Source: the human T2T-CHM13v2.0 reference genome, Homo sapiens
DNA length: 64,000 nt
Assembly: GCF_009914755.1 (NCBI RefSeq)
Contig: NC_060936.1
Reading direction: 5' to 3' (one strand)
This document shows positions 23,860-36,967 of this stretch, one piece after another (positions within the stretch are counted from its first letter, which is position 1; every line of letters starts with the position of its first letter). The notes under the pieces are model-generated. The model was given only the letters and a program-made list of their open reading frames with translations, ran no database searches and had not been told where the DNA came from. The position numbers and the translations under genes were made by a program.

Positions 23860-25426
23860 TTGAAAACATCAAAAGGGCCCACAGATACCCCATGGGTAAC
23901 AGTGATAAGAAAAAGAGGAAGCATTTATGTTTATCTGTAGCACAGAAAGTCAAGCTGCTGGAGAAACTCAACAGTAGTGTGAGTATGAAACATCTCACAG
24001 AAGCGTGTGGTGGTGGAATGACCACCATATATGACCTGAAGGTAAACTGTTGAAGTTCTACCCTGAAAGTGACAAACAGCCATTAAAGGAAAACACTGCA
24101 CACAGCTAAAAATAAGGATCTCAATCATGTATTGAAAGTGCAGATCCATCAGCGTCACAGTGAACACATGACACTTAATGATATGCTGATCATGAAACAA
24201 GCAAAGATCTATCATGATGAACTGATAAAGGGAAGTATGAACGTTCAATAGGCTGGCTGTAGAAGTTTTTAAAAAAGACATAGCATTAAATTTTTAAAGA
24301 TCTGGTAACAAAGCATCTACTGATCTTGAAATAGAGGAGAAATTTATTGACAAATTTGCCAGGGTCATTGCTGATGAAATTTTGACTCCATGTCAAGTCT
24401 ATAATGCTGAAGAAATATCACTGTTTTGGTGTTATTGCCCCAGGAAGACACTGACTACAGCTGGTGAGACAACCTACAGTAATGAAGGATGCCAATAACA
24501 GAATAACTGTGTTGGGATATGCCAATGCAGCAGGCATTGCATAAGTGTAACTTGCCATGATAGACAAAAGCTTGTGTACTCAGTTTTCCAGGAGTCCATT
24601 ATTATGCTAACAAAAAGGCATGGATCTCCAGGGATATCTTTTCTGATTGGTTTCTCAAATATGTTTTACCAGTGGCTCATACATACTGCAAGGAAGCTAG
24701 ATTGGATGGTGACTGCAAAATTTTGTTCTTTCTTGACAACTGTTAATCTTCCAGTGAACATTCTATCAAGACTAATGTTAATGTCACGTGCTTCCCCCAA
24801 ATGGTACTTTATTAATTCAGCCATATGACGAGGGTATCCTTAGATCAGTGAAAAGTAAATATAGCAACACTTTCTTGACAGCATGCTAGCAGCAGTGAAC
24901 AGAGGCCTAGGTGTGGAAAGTTTTCAAAAGGAGTTTACCACAAAGGATACCATATACGCTGTTGCCAACACTTGGAACACAGGTTCTAAAGATACAGTTG
25001 TGCATCCCCAGCACAATCTTTGGCCTACAACTATGTTCATTGATCATGATGAACAAGGTAGTGAATTTGAAGGATTCCGTATATCGAGTGAGAAAAAAAT
25101 GACGTCAGACATACTTACATATGCAAAAAACTTACCTTCAAAGTGTTAGTAAGCTGGAAGAAGCGGATAACAAAGTTTTTAACATCAATAATAAAGCTCC
25201 GGTTGTTCCTTCATTGACTGGTGAGGTAGCTGAAATGGTCCTGAATCAAGGTGATTATGACACTAGTGACAATGAAGATGACATTGTTAATACTGCAGAA
25301 AGAGTGCCTATAGACAACATGGTGAAAATGTGCGATGGGTTTATTGAAGGACTAGAGCAGTGTGCATTCATAACAAAACAGGAAACTGTGTCAGTTTATA
25401 AAATCAAAGGGAGACTCCTGAGATAA
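23860..25426 (+). pseudogene. Disrupted pogo/Tigger transposase ORF (CENP-B-type HTH plus DDE)
   Basis: KKKRKHLCLSVAQKVKLLEKL..TTIYDLK; QVYNAEEISLFW (about 24394-24430); FLDNC (D at 24735); LIQPYDEGILRSVK (D at 24827); several frameshifts and stops. Confidence 0.88.
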
Positions 25427-26705
25427 AAATCCTGGATAATAAGGCAGACAACTGGAGGAAACATTTAAAACTCTATGCAGCAGAATGTCTCCTCAACTGT
25501 AAAGGACCCAGTTTCTGGTCCCTCAACTGCTTCTGACATTTCTTCTTACCTACAAAAAATAAATTAATTAATTTAAAAAATGCAATTTAAAGTAACCTTT
25601 TAATCAAAACACAGCATTGTAGGTAGAGACTGAAAGGATGCCATTGTTTATTGTTGCTGTTGTGTAAGAGCTGAAACAGGTGTTCTGGTGACACTACTCT
25701 GCTTCTTAGTTACTCTGAACACATTATTTTTTCACTGTATTAATGGTATGTCCTATTTTTCACTGTTATGTGTGAATAAGTGTAAGAGAATGATTGCTTA
25801 TCAGTAGTTTATAAATTTAGTCAAGAATGGTGGTGATTGCCAAGGAACCAGAGATTATCCTCATGAGTGACTGAGAAAGGGACCCCGTCACTTTCTGATG
25901 GTTCAGTGTACACGAACTTTGTTTCATGCACAAAAATATTAAAAATATTTTATAAAATTACCTTCAGATTATGTGTATAAAGCACATGTGAAATATAAAA
26001 AAAAATTATGTTTAGACTTGAGTTCTGTCCCCACGATATCTCATTATGTATATGCAAGTATTCCCAAAGCCAAAATTTGAAACACTTCTCATCCTAAGTA
26101 TTTTAGATAAGAAATAACCTGTATTTCTTAGGTTGTTAGCTGTATTTTGCGGTGTGTCTTTTAAAAATCAAGTATACATGATATGATCTGGTACTCTAAG
26201 ATAATATTAGAATTTAAGACAATTTAAGATTCAATTCATCCCTTTCTCTTTAGAAAGCATAAAAAATTCTAATCAAATGCCTACAAGATAAGGAATCTCA
26301 AAACTTTAACTCTCTTTTTTATATCTCAAGAGAAAATAAAGGAAACAAAAGTGACATCTAATAAGATTACACAGCAAAATCCAATTTAATGATGCCTTCA
26401 CTAACAGTTCTTTTTTCCACTCCTAGTTTTATTCTTTTATTTAAAAACAATATCTGGCTTATCAAAGTGGTTAGGACAGATTTCTTGTCACATGATTATT
26501 TAGAAATTATAAGGCAAGAAACAGAAAGCCATAGTTAATTGAACAGAATAAATATATGGAAATGTTTTAAAACTATTCTTAAATGTCATGAAAAGCTGTT
26601 TGAAAATATATTTTCCTTTTAAAGAAAATTGGTAGAAAAGTTAATCAAAATATTTCTAATAAATTTGGCTCATCAGCATCCCTTTTTAAAACAACACACA
26701 CACAC

Positions 26706-29005
26706 TGATATGATTTGGCTGTGTTCCCACCCAAATCTCATCCTGAACTGTAGTTCCCATAATCCCCACATATTGTGGGAGGGACCCAGTGGGAGGTAAT
26801 TGAACCATGGGATTGGTTACCTCCATGCTGTTCTTATGATAGTGAGTGAGTTCTCATGAGATCTGATAGTTTTATAAGGGGTTTCCCCCCTAACTTCACT
26901 CTGCACATCTCCTCGCTGCCACCATGTGAAGAAGGACATGCTTGCTTCCCCTTCTGCCATGATTGTAAAATTCCTAAGGCCTCCCCAGCCCTGAAGAACT
27001 ATGAGCCAATTAAATGTCTTTCCTTTATAAATTACCCAGTCTGGGGTATGTCCTTATAGCTGTGTGAAAATTTACTAATACAGTAAATTGGAACTGAAAG
27101 TGGGTTGCTGCTGTGAAGATACTGGAAATTGTGGAAGCAACTTTGAAATTGGGTAACAGGCAGAGGTTGGAACAGTTCAGAGGGCTCAGAAGATATGAAA
27201 ACATGGGAAAGTTTGGAACTTCCTAGAGACTTGGAGATCTCAGAAGACAAGAAGATATAGGAAAGTTTGGAACTTCCTAGAAACTTGTTGAATGGCTTTG
27301 ACCAAAATGTGGATAGTGATATGGACAATAATGTCCAGGCTGAGGTGGTCTCAGATGGAGATGAGAAACTTGTTGGGAACTGGAGTAAAGGTCACTCTTG
27401 CTATGCATTCAAGATCTGACTTCGGTGTTGTTAAATGTATTCAGTTTTATATTCACAAAGATATGGTTTGGAATTGGAATTTATGTTTAAAAGGGAAGCA
27501 GAGCATAGAAGTTTGGAAAATTTGCAGCTGAGAATGCCGTAGAAAAGATAACCGATTTTGTAAGCAGAAATTCAAGTCAGCTGCAGAAATTTGCATAAAT
27601 TATGAGGAGCCAAATGTTAATTACGAAAACAATGGGGAAAATGTCTCCAGGGCATGTCAGAGGTCTTCATGACAGCCCCTCCTATCACAAGCCAGGAGGT
27701 CTAGGAGGAAAAAATGGTTTTGTGGGCCGAGCTGAGGGTCTTGCTGCTTTGTGCAGTCTCGGGACTTGATGCCCTGCATCCCAGCTGTGGCTAAAATGGG
27801 CCAGTGTACAGCTCAGGCCATTGCTTCAGAGGGTGCCAAACCCAAGCCTTGGCAGCTCCTACATGGTGTTGAGCCTGCAGGTGCACGGAAGTCAAGAATT
27901 GAGGTTTGGGAACCTCCGCCTAGGTTTCAGAGGATGTATGGAAATGCCTGGATTTCCAGGCAGGGGTGTGCTTCAGGGGTGATCCCTTTATGGAGAAACT
28001 CTGCTAGGGCAATGTGGAAGGAAAATGTGGGATGGGAGCCTCCAAATAGAGTCCCTACTGGGGCACTGCCTAGTGGAGCTGTGGGAAGAGGCCCACCATC
28101 CTCCAGACCTCAGAATTGTAGATCCACTGACAGCTTGCACTGTAGAGGTAGAAAAACCACAGATACTCAATGCAAGCCCATGAAAGCAGCCAGGAGGGGA
28201 GCTGTACATTACAAAGCCACAGGGGCAGAGCTGTCCAGGGCTGTGGGATCCCACCTCTTGCATCAGCATGACCAGGATGTGAGACATGGAGTCCAAGGAA
28301 ATCATTTTGGAACTGTAAGGTTTAATGACTGTCCTATTGGATTTCAGACTTGCATGGAGCCTGTGGCCCCTTTATTTTGGCCAATTTCTTCCATTTGGTA
28401 TGGGTGTATTTACACAATGCCTGTACCCTCATTGTATCTAGGAAGTAACTAACTTGCTTTTGATTTCATAGGCCCATAGGCAGAAGGGACTTGCCTTGTC
28501 TCAGATGAGACTTTGGATTTGGACTTTTGAGTTAATTCTGAAATGAGTTAAAACTTTGGGGGACAGTTGGGAAAGCATTATTGTGTTTTGAAATGTGAGG
28601 ACATGAGATTTGGAAGAGACCAGGGCAAAATGATATGGTTGGCTGTATTCTCATCCAAATTTCATCTTGAACTGTAGTTCCCATAATCCCCATGTGTCTT
28701 GAGAGCTACCCAGTGGGAGGCAATTGTATCATAAGGGTAGTTACCTCCATGCTGTTCTTGTGATAGTGAATGAGTTCTCATGAGATCTGATGGTTTAATA
28801 AGGGGTTTTTCCTTCCCTTCACTCTGCACTTCTCCTCACTGCTGCCATGTGAAGAAGGATGGCTTCGCTTCCCTTTCTGCCATGATTATAAGTTTCCTGA
28901 GGCCTCCTCAGCCTTGTGGAACTGTGAGTCTATTAAATCTCTTTCCCTTATAAATTACAAAGTCTCGGGTATGTCCTTATAGTAGCATGAGTATGGACTA
29001 GTACA
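26706..29005 (+). mobile_element. Complete THE1C/D-like MaLR provirus (5' LTR 26706-27082, internal 27083-28630, 3' LTR 28631-29005)
   Basis: Two LTRs of about 375 bp, TGATATG..TACA; TSD CACAC (26701-26705 / 29006-29010), inserted in a CA-rich tract. Confidence 0.95.
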
Positions 29006-29054
29006 CACACAAACACACGCACACACCCACATGCACACAAGCTGTTTGACTTAT

Positions 29055-29099
29055 GTTCTTAGAAATAGGTTCTTAGAAATAGGTTCTTAGAAATAGGTT
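29055..29099. repeat. 14-bp tandem repeat GTTCTTAGAAATAG x3
   Basis: Three perfect copies; each contains TTCTTAGAA. Confidence 0.95.
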
Positions 29100-29570
29100 T
29101 AAAAATAAAGGTTTGCTGACAGGTAATAATTTCAGTTTCTGAAAGACTAGATTTAGATTGGAAACTCCAAATTCTTGACATTTGAATTGCGTCTCAACCA
29201 CTATTCTAAGTTAAAATTGTACAATGCTGTTTTTAAGATGATTTGGTATCTTTGTTGATATATTTTTTTAAATCACATAAACCAAAATATAATTAAAATT
29301 TAAAAATAATTAAAATTATTCCAAGTGATTAACCACATAGCTATAAATTACAATATAAAATTAAGGTATCTGATTTAGAGTAAAGTCAAATAACAAACCA
29401 ACTTTGTCAGTTAGAGGTTTTAAAAGTAATAACTTTAAGTATCCAAGGTGATCTTCTAAGTTATACCTTTTTTTTAAAAGCTTTATGAAACTTATTTGGA
29501 TTAACACAAGTTGCATTGGTAATTCAATACAATCTATACTTAAGAGAATTTAAAATGTTTATTATTCCAT

Positions 29571-30386
29571 TCTTTTTTGTTATTATTATACTTTAAATTC
29601 TGGGGTACATGTGCAGAATGTGCAGGTTTGTTACATAGGTATATAGGTGTCATGGTATATAGGTGTCATATATAGGTGTCATAGGTATATAGGTGTCACA
29701 AAGGTATATATGTGTCATGGTGGTTTGCTGCACCCATCAACCTGTCCCCTACATTAGGTATTTTCCTAATGCTATCCCTCCCCTAGCCCCCCAAGGCACC
29801 CACCGACAGGCCCCATTGTGTGATTTTTTCCCTCCCTGTGTTCTCATTGTTCAACTCCTTTTTATGAGTGAGAACACGCGGTGTTTGGTTTTCTGTTCTT
29901 GTGTTAGTTTGCTGAGAATGATGGTTCCAGCTTCATCCATGTCCCTGCAAAGGACATGAACTCATCCTTTTTTATGGCTGCATAGTGTTCCGTGGTGTAT
30001 ATGTGCCACATTTTCTTTATCCAGTCTGTCATTGATGGACATTTGGGTTGGTTCCAAGTCTTTGCTATTGTGAACAGTGCTGCAATAAACATATGTGTGC
30101 ATGTGTCTTTATAGTAGAACGATTTATAATCCTTTGGGTATATACCCAGTAATGGGATTGCTGGGTCAAATGGTATTTCTCATTCTAGATTCTTGAGGAG
30201 TCACCACACTGTCTTCCACAATGGTTGAACTAATTTACACTCCCACCAACAGTGTAAAAGTGTTCCTATTTCTCCACATCCACTCCAGCATCTGTTGTTT
30301 CCTGACTTTTTAATGATCACCATTCTAACTGGCATGAGATGGTATCTCACTGTGGTTTTGATTTGCATTTTTCTAATGACCAGTGC
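29571..30386 (-). mobile_element. 5'-truncated L1PA (L1PA6-8-like)
   Basis: Antisense 3'UTR TTATTATACTTTAAATTCTGGGGTACATGTGCAG; ORF2 C-terminal peptides MFIAALFTIAKTWNQPKCP and [17 protein letters not shown]. Confidence 0.93.
29638..29718. repeat. Minisatellite, about 16-bp unit GGTATATAGGTGTCAT x5, inside the L1 3'UTR
   Basis: Five variant copies where the L1PA consensus has one. Confidence 0.9.
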
Positions 30387-32756
30387 ATAAATCAGCATTA
30401 GTTGTTTATAACAGGGATTATAATAGTAATATCTGGATTCTACATGAAATTAATTTTGTAAAATGGGTAGTAATACAAATTATTTTAGTGCTCTTTAGAG
30501 CATCAAAAGAACAGCAATGTTGGAAAAATTTTTGGGAGAAAAACATCTCATTTTTTTAGTGAACTACATAAACAGAGAATTATGTGTCTACAGACTCTCT
30601 GAGTCCCACTGTTGTTTGAATCCTACCGTGATGTCAAAGTATGGTTTTCAAAGGTTAAAAGGTGACTTTAATGTAAAAATAAGCACACATGCCCAAAATC
30701 TATTTAACACTTTAGTGAACCAGGAGGGTGAAGCTGTTTCCAACAAAGTATAGAAGAAACAAAACTATTTATAGTGACTGAATAAAAGAGTGGTTGTAAA
30801 TCATACACAAGACTAAATAATGTCTTATATGACAGAAGAAGAAAGAGAAGAAAAAGGAGGCGTAATGGTGGGTTTCAGACACCAATTGCATGTCTGCAGG
30901 AGAAAAATTATTAGCATTGCTATCAATATTAGACATGCTGACATCTACCCTTTGTGAGATGTAAAATAGCCTAATCAATAGTAAGTAGTAATTCAATACA
31001 AGGGATCATAATCAGGTAATTCTTGAGTGGGCTTGTTAGACAATGCTTCAGTATGACAGTCTCCCTTTGTGATCCTAAATAAACTCTGAAGATTATTCTT
31101 GATTAAAAATATAAGTTTGTCCGAGTATTTTGTCAAGTTACAGACATAGAACCAAAGACATTACATAACTTTTGAATAGTCAGCTTCACAATTGTTTTGT
31201 TTTGTTTTAAATAACTCTTATTTGTTCTTCTATTCTGAGGCTAGGGGAAAAAAGACATTTGTTTTTATCAGGTTACATATGTACTACTTACTCGTGTGTA
31301 CGAATTCTAGCATTTTAAGGTCCCAGAATCTGCTAAGCGTCAGATCAGCAAGGAATTGATATTTTATGCCACCTATGAGTCTGTGATCTTGTAATCTAAA
31401 TGAGGTAGCAGACCACTTTCCTGGGAGAGCTTTTTAGGCTTTGATTCCACATCTGAGTTACAGCACTTGTTCATGAATGAAGGGCTTATAGTTCTGATTA
31501 AATTGGATTTATTCTCAAATATCAGAAGATTGTCTTGTACATGATCTTGGCTGTACAATTAATTTGTGCAATGAAACTCCAATTAAAAAAGGTTCCTATT
31601 GAAGCTTGAAAATAACAACCTTGTCATTAAAATTGAAAGGATGTAGTAAAACCATTTTTTGCGAAGTAGTAAAGAAAATACTCTAAAATGTGTTTCAGTC
31701 TGCAAAAGCATAATCTAATAAGTTGAGGCTTAAAGATATGCTAATGATAAGGGGCTGCTTCATATAACCTTCATACATATCGATAATATTGCAGATGAAA
31801 CAACACACACCTGGACACACAATAGATTTTATTCATCAGTTTATTTAATACTATGCAATTAATTATTGTCCCTCTTGATCTTGGGTCAATAGTGTGCTTT
31901 CATAAATTTGGTGGCTTATGGAATTAAAAAAAAAACAAACTACTGACTCAATTGTCAGGTATTGTCTTTATAGTCATCTAAGTGATACCACCTTAAGTTC
32001 CAAAGCCTGTACTTTTGAGTCTATTCCTCAGGTACAAATAATTTAAAAACATGTGATACATGTCCTTCTGGGAGACTCTGCGACTGTTTTACTTTCTTGA
32101 AGAACAAATCTCTGGCCTACAGCCGAGCCTTCCGATAAGTATGAAAGAAAAGCATAAGCTACCTATTGATGATGTAACTGAAAGGCTGGGTTTAATTTAT
32201 TGAGTAACCATCACTATCAGAATGGAGAAGAGGAATATTTTCCATTAAGGTGCATACATAACTGTGTCATGTTTCCCCTGATGGTTGAGTAAGATATGCT
32301 TTTATTTTTTAATAGAGAGATGCTCCTTCCTCCTCACTTCATCTCCTTAGAGTGTCTTCTTGAAAGTATTACTGTTTTGACAAAAGGCCCAATCTTTTGA
32401 CTTTACAATGCAAGGTTTTGGCCTTCTGACCCTTGAAACTATAAACCCTTGCCTTCAGAATTAGTTCAGTGGCTCTCTCAAGGTATACATGACATAATCA
32501 CAGGTATAGCAGTTAAGTCTTAAGAAGACATGAAAAGTTTTAATTGTCTATTTTTCAACTTTACCATATAATATGTCTCAAATTCTGTCCAGACTTTGTA
32601 GACACTTTTGGGCTACCTTTACACACATGTAAATCTGAAATGCTGATTCACTGGTACCTTTTGTTTTTCCTCTCTTTTCAATATTGGTATCAAAGGTCTT
32701 TGATTGGCTCCCTAAGAGTTTTTAGGCCTTTTGATGTTGCTCTATGAAGGATAAGA

Positions 32757-32895
32757 TGTTACCATATTTACAAGCTAACAAATTAGCCTGCCAAAGTTCC
32801 AGGGTTGCTGATAGAAGACTCAAGACTTCTGGGTCAGAAATAAAGGACTGTTTCTTACTCACAACAAAGCAAGCAGCATGATCTGAGCCAGCAGT
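32757..32895. mobile_element. Old LTR fragment (family uncertain)
   Basis: TGTTACC..AAGCTAACAAATTAGCCTGCC..AGAAGAC..AGACTTCTGGGTCAGA..AAAGGACT..TTACTCACA resembles an LTR terminus I recall. Confidence 0.4.
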
Positions 32896-32903
32896 TTTAG
32901 TGA

Positions 32904-33336
<433 letters not shown>

Positions 33337-33535
33337 TGTTACTTATTGTATAAGCACAAACCTCATTTATTTTTAGAGGCCTTGTATTTAATATATTAAT
33401 ACCCTCTAGAGTAAGAAAATATTTCGTATGTAATGAAAGGTCAAGGATTTTACCAATTATAGACAGACACACGAGACTTTGTAACCTCAGTCCATAACAT
33501 TAGATACAGGTCAAAATTCAACAATACATACACAT

Positions 33536-33538
<3 letters not shown>

Positions 33539-33576
<38 letters not shown>
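33539..33576. repeat. (CA)n microsatellite
   Basis: Visible directly. Confidence 0.97.
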
Positions 33577-33579
<3 letters not shown>

Positions 33580-33894
33580 CACTGGTCCAAATTCCAAGGT
33601 ACTTTTCTTCTAATGAGCATGAAATATTTTCTTAATTGATTTACACTTACACATAGATAAGTACATATCAACAATTAATTAGCAATTTCCTCTGTTATCT
33701 ATATTCAATTCCCTGATGTTACCAAAGTGTTGTATAACTCCAAACTTTACAAATTGAATGACTTTGTCAGACATGGAATTGTAAGATGTTTCCTATTTAT
33801 GAGGTAAAAATTCAATATTGAAATCTACACTGAACACAGTCTCCAGTCTGACAAACACCACTAGTTTGTTCATAAGAATATAAATAGAGACTAT

Positions 33895-34205
33895 TGGGGT
33901 GGAGCAAGATGACAGAATGGAAGGTCCTACCAATCACCTCCACTGCAAGGATACCAATTTGACAACTATCTACACCAAAAAAAAGCACGTTCATAAAAAC
34001 CAAAAATCAAAGGAGCACTCCCAGTACCTAATTTTAACTTCATGTTACTGAAAGAGGCACTAATGAAGTCGAAAAACACAGTCTTGCATTGCTTATGCCA
34101 CTCCTCTCCCATCCCCCAGCAGCGGCAGCATGGTGTAATATGGGTGGTAGTTTTGGTGCAGAGAGCATTTTGGTGCACTGGGGAGAAGGGAAATGGCAGC
34201 ACACA
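33895..34205 (+). mobile_element. Isolated L1M1/L1MA 5' end
   Basis: GGAGCAAGATGACAGAAT start; homologous to 37404-37690 (AAAGCAC.TTCATAA.AAC.AAAAATCA; CTGAAAGAGGCACT; CCCCAGCAGC). Confidence 0.85.
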
Positions 34206-34224
34206 CATTGGATTTATGTAGTGC

Positions 34225-34401
34225 AGATGTTCTCAATCTTTGCTGCATGTAGAATTACCTGGAGAGCTTTTTACCAAAATATTCATGCTTTGGACACACC
34301 ATACTGCATAAATCAGAGTTGCTGAGGATAGGTCTCAGGTATCAGTATTTCCCAAAACTTCTTCACATAGTTAAATGTACAGCCAATGTTTAGAAATACT
34401 G
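34225..34401. mobile_element. MER5-like hAT-Charlie MITE
   Basis: CAGATGTTCTCAA..TGCATGTAGAATTACCTGGAGAGCTTT..ACAGCCAATGTTTAGAAATACTG. Confidence 0.75.
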
Positions 34402-35691
34402 ATACAGTGAGGGTTTCAGCTTCTAGGCATCCGTATATTTGTCTTGATATACTTTAAATCTAGAACAAATTGCTACTATGTCATTTTTTAAAAATAAGAG
34501 GTTTAAAATACATTCACAAAATTTTTATTTCACTATTTTTTAAAGAAATAAATATGTTCTGCTAATATTTGGAAAACTATAGCTAAAATATATCTTGGCA
34601 GAATATAAGGGCATGTTCCACATGCTGGTCTGGGCGTATAGTAAACTAGACTCCCATATTGGTTTAAGCCAATGGCTTTAATGTGTGATGGTGGGTGCAA
34701 GTGTGTAGGTGAGGGTAGGAAGAGGATGCAGGCTAATGTTATTTCAAAACTGAGAGAAGTTTTTCATATAAAAGGATGATATATCCTTTCTTAAGTAAAA
34801 AATTTGTTGTTGTTAATTGGCCTGCGGGTTATACAAAGGTACACTAACCATCTTATTCTGGGATGAGAAAGTTTAAGACAATAAAACATTATTTTTTCAA
34901 GAACAAAAATGCAAAGGTTCATTTTATTCTGGGAAGAGTTTCCAGAAATCCTTCTCACACACACATTTTTTGGTGGATATGTAAGAGTGGTGTTCTGAAT
35001 TCTTTGGTGGGGAGATATAGAGAGGGAGGTATGGTGATCCCTGAAATATGATAGCTCTGTGGAAGCACAGTTGAGAATTGTCTGAGGGTACCTGTGAAGT
35101 AGCCCAGTCTAAAATCTCTCATATACTCAATCTCATTTCAAGTTTTTTATTTTTTTGAATGTGTGTGCATATGCTTCTCACCAATGAAAATTTGGGTTTC
35201 TCTACACAAACCTTTAGTAAAATCTTGCCAAACCATGTGGGCTGGTCATACCTACGCTTTGCGGAGTTAGGGAATATTCTGGGCCCATGCTTGGAAAGCA
35301 GTGCCAAAGTGGACGGCAGCAACTGCCTTAGGAAAAAGTTCCCAGAAAGCAAGACAAGATGCAGAGTAGGATGAAGATGTGATCTGGCACCAGGAGCAAG
35401 GCATTGGTAGAGGAAGAACTAGAATAATTCTGGAACTGGAAAACATTCCTCAGTGGTTCTAGGAATACCTAGGAAAAGAGTGTTCCAAGACAAGACATTC
35501 AGTTACTGAGGATTGATGCTATCTGAGGTAAAGTGAAGAGTGGCTCCTGATAGCTGAAGAAGAAGAGACAACTGGATTGTAACAGGAAAAAAACTACCTC
35601 AGCTTTATAAAAACAACTATTTATTCTATTAGTCAACAAGCATCCATTAATTGTATTAATTGCATATGTTGATAAATAATATATACTTATT

Positions 35692-35712
35692 TTATATATA
35701 TATATATATATA
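35692..35712. repeat. (TA)n microsatellite
   Basis: Visible directly. Confidence 0.9.
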
Positions 35713-36764
35713 AACTGGGCCAGCTATCAAAAATTTTCTTTAATGAGGCATGACATTAAAATAATAAATACATAGTGAGGCACTTTGCCAGGCACTGTAT
35801 AGATGCAGCTATTAATTATTATCTGCAATGGTAAGTCTTTGTTGGGAAAAATCAAAGACTTTTGTATTTTCAAAAATACAAAACAGATTATCCTATATGA
35901 GGTGTGCATTTTTATGTTTTCTATAAAGTTTTTGCTTAATTGTCATTTTCACATGTAATATTTCCATTCTATTTCTGGATGCAATTAAATAAAGGAGATT
36001 TATTTTGAAGCTGATCCGTGGAGAATCCCTTTTAGCAGGATGAGAGCATAGTGAGAGGAGGTTAAATAGCCAAGACAGCCAATGCAGCTGAGGATCATCA
36101 AAGATCAGCATAGGAAGGAAATTCAGGATATAGAAGCCATCTGGCCAGAGGTAATTTAGCAAATTCTCAAAAGGAAATCTAGCTTTTGTTAACTTCAGTT
36201 ACAACACATAACAGAAATGTTTTAAACTCTCTTAATAAAATGAGTGATTCAAGATTCTGTGGGAGGATATCCTGTAATGCTGTCTTTAAACATATTGGGA
36301 ATTTCCCATTCTCAAATATCCTTAGGTAAAACTAAAAATGAGCTATTGCATGCATGACCTTATAGCATATTCAGTCAGCATACACATTATGAGTGCACTT
36401 TGTCTAGATGATATTTGGAAAAATGAAATTATAACCAAAGTACTTATTGCATAGTTGAAGTTTTGTTGTTGATGATAATCCTATATTATATATGCTTATT
36501 TATATTCCCTTTGTTTTTGGTCTTCACCCTTGTTGTCCTCCCAAGGCCTCTCTTTTCTTGTATTTATCCCAGGCTGGTCCATGGTTGGAAATGACATTCT
36601 CATTAACATTTCTGGTAAAATGTGAGTAATTACCAAAGAAATTATAAAATTCAAGCATTCAATGTTATAGATTTTCGTTCAATCTTTTAATTATATCTGA
36701 AGATGTAATGCAGTTGGGTTTACAATTTGAAGACCTAAACCTTCTTGGGTTCCCTAAAATAATT

Positions 36765-36895
36765 ACATTCTTTCTCAACAAATATTCGCTGAGTACCTGT
36801 ATGTACCAGACACTGTTTTACATACTGGAGATAAAGCAGTGGACAATAAAGAAGAAAACAAGACATACTGCCCCTATGAAGCCTATAGCTAGTAA
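36765..36895 (-). mobile_element. L2 3' end
   Basis: TCAACAAATATTCGCTGAGTACCTGTATGTACCAGACACTGTTTTA..CTGGAGATA. Confidence 0.8.
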
Positions 36896-36967
36896 ATGTG
36901 TGTATCTATATCTTTACATAAAAATATTGTAGTAAAAATCAAAATTTTTTTATAATACACAAGAATG

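Larger units (their letters stand above)
23033..26121 (+). mobile_element. Near-complete Tigger4 (Zombi)-like pogo/TcMar DNA transposon
   Basis: Termini CAGGTTAAGCATCTCTAATCCAAAAT.. and ..ATTTTAGATAAGAAATAACCTG|TA; about 2.66 kb after removing the nested LTR; transposase remnants inside. Confidence 0.9.

Noticed and set aside
26797-26808. DUX4 sites in MaLR LTRs
   Set aside because: The copies I checked deviate from TAAYBBAATCA (TAATTGAACCA, CAATTGTATCA, TGACCTAATCA); none is a perfect match.
27751-28452. Longest ORF in the window (233 aa)
   Set aside because: Lies in THE1-int, starts at GTG, and the homologous region in the other THE1 (20832-21811) is broken. It is a MaLR internal ORF remnant, not a host gene.
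20302-29005. THE1-Tigger-THE1 as one composite mobile unit
   Set aside because: Each element has its own flanks (ACCAA, CA/TA, CACAC) and the THE1 copies are of different subfamilies.
29055-29718. Short direct-repeat arrays as a CRISPR-like structure
   Set aside because: Head-to-tail repeats without unique spacers, in eukaryotic DNA with no cas genes.
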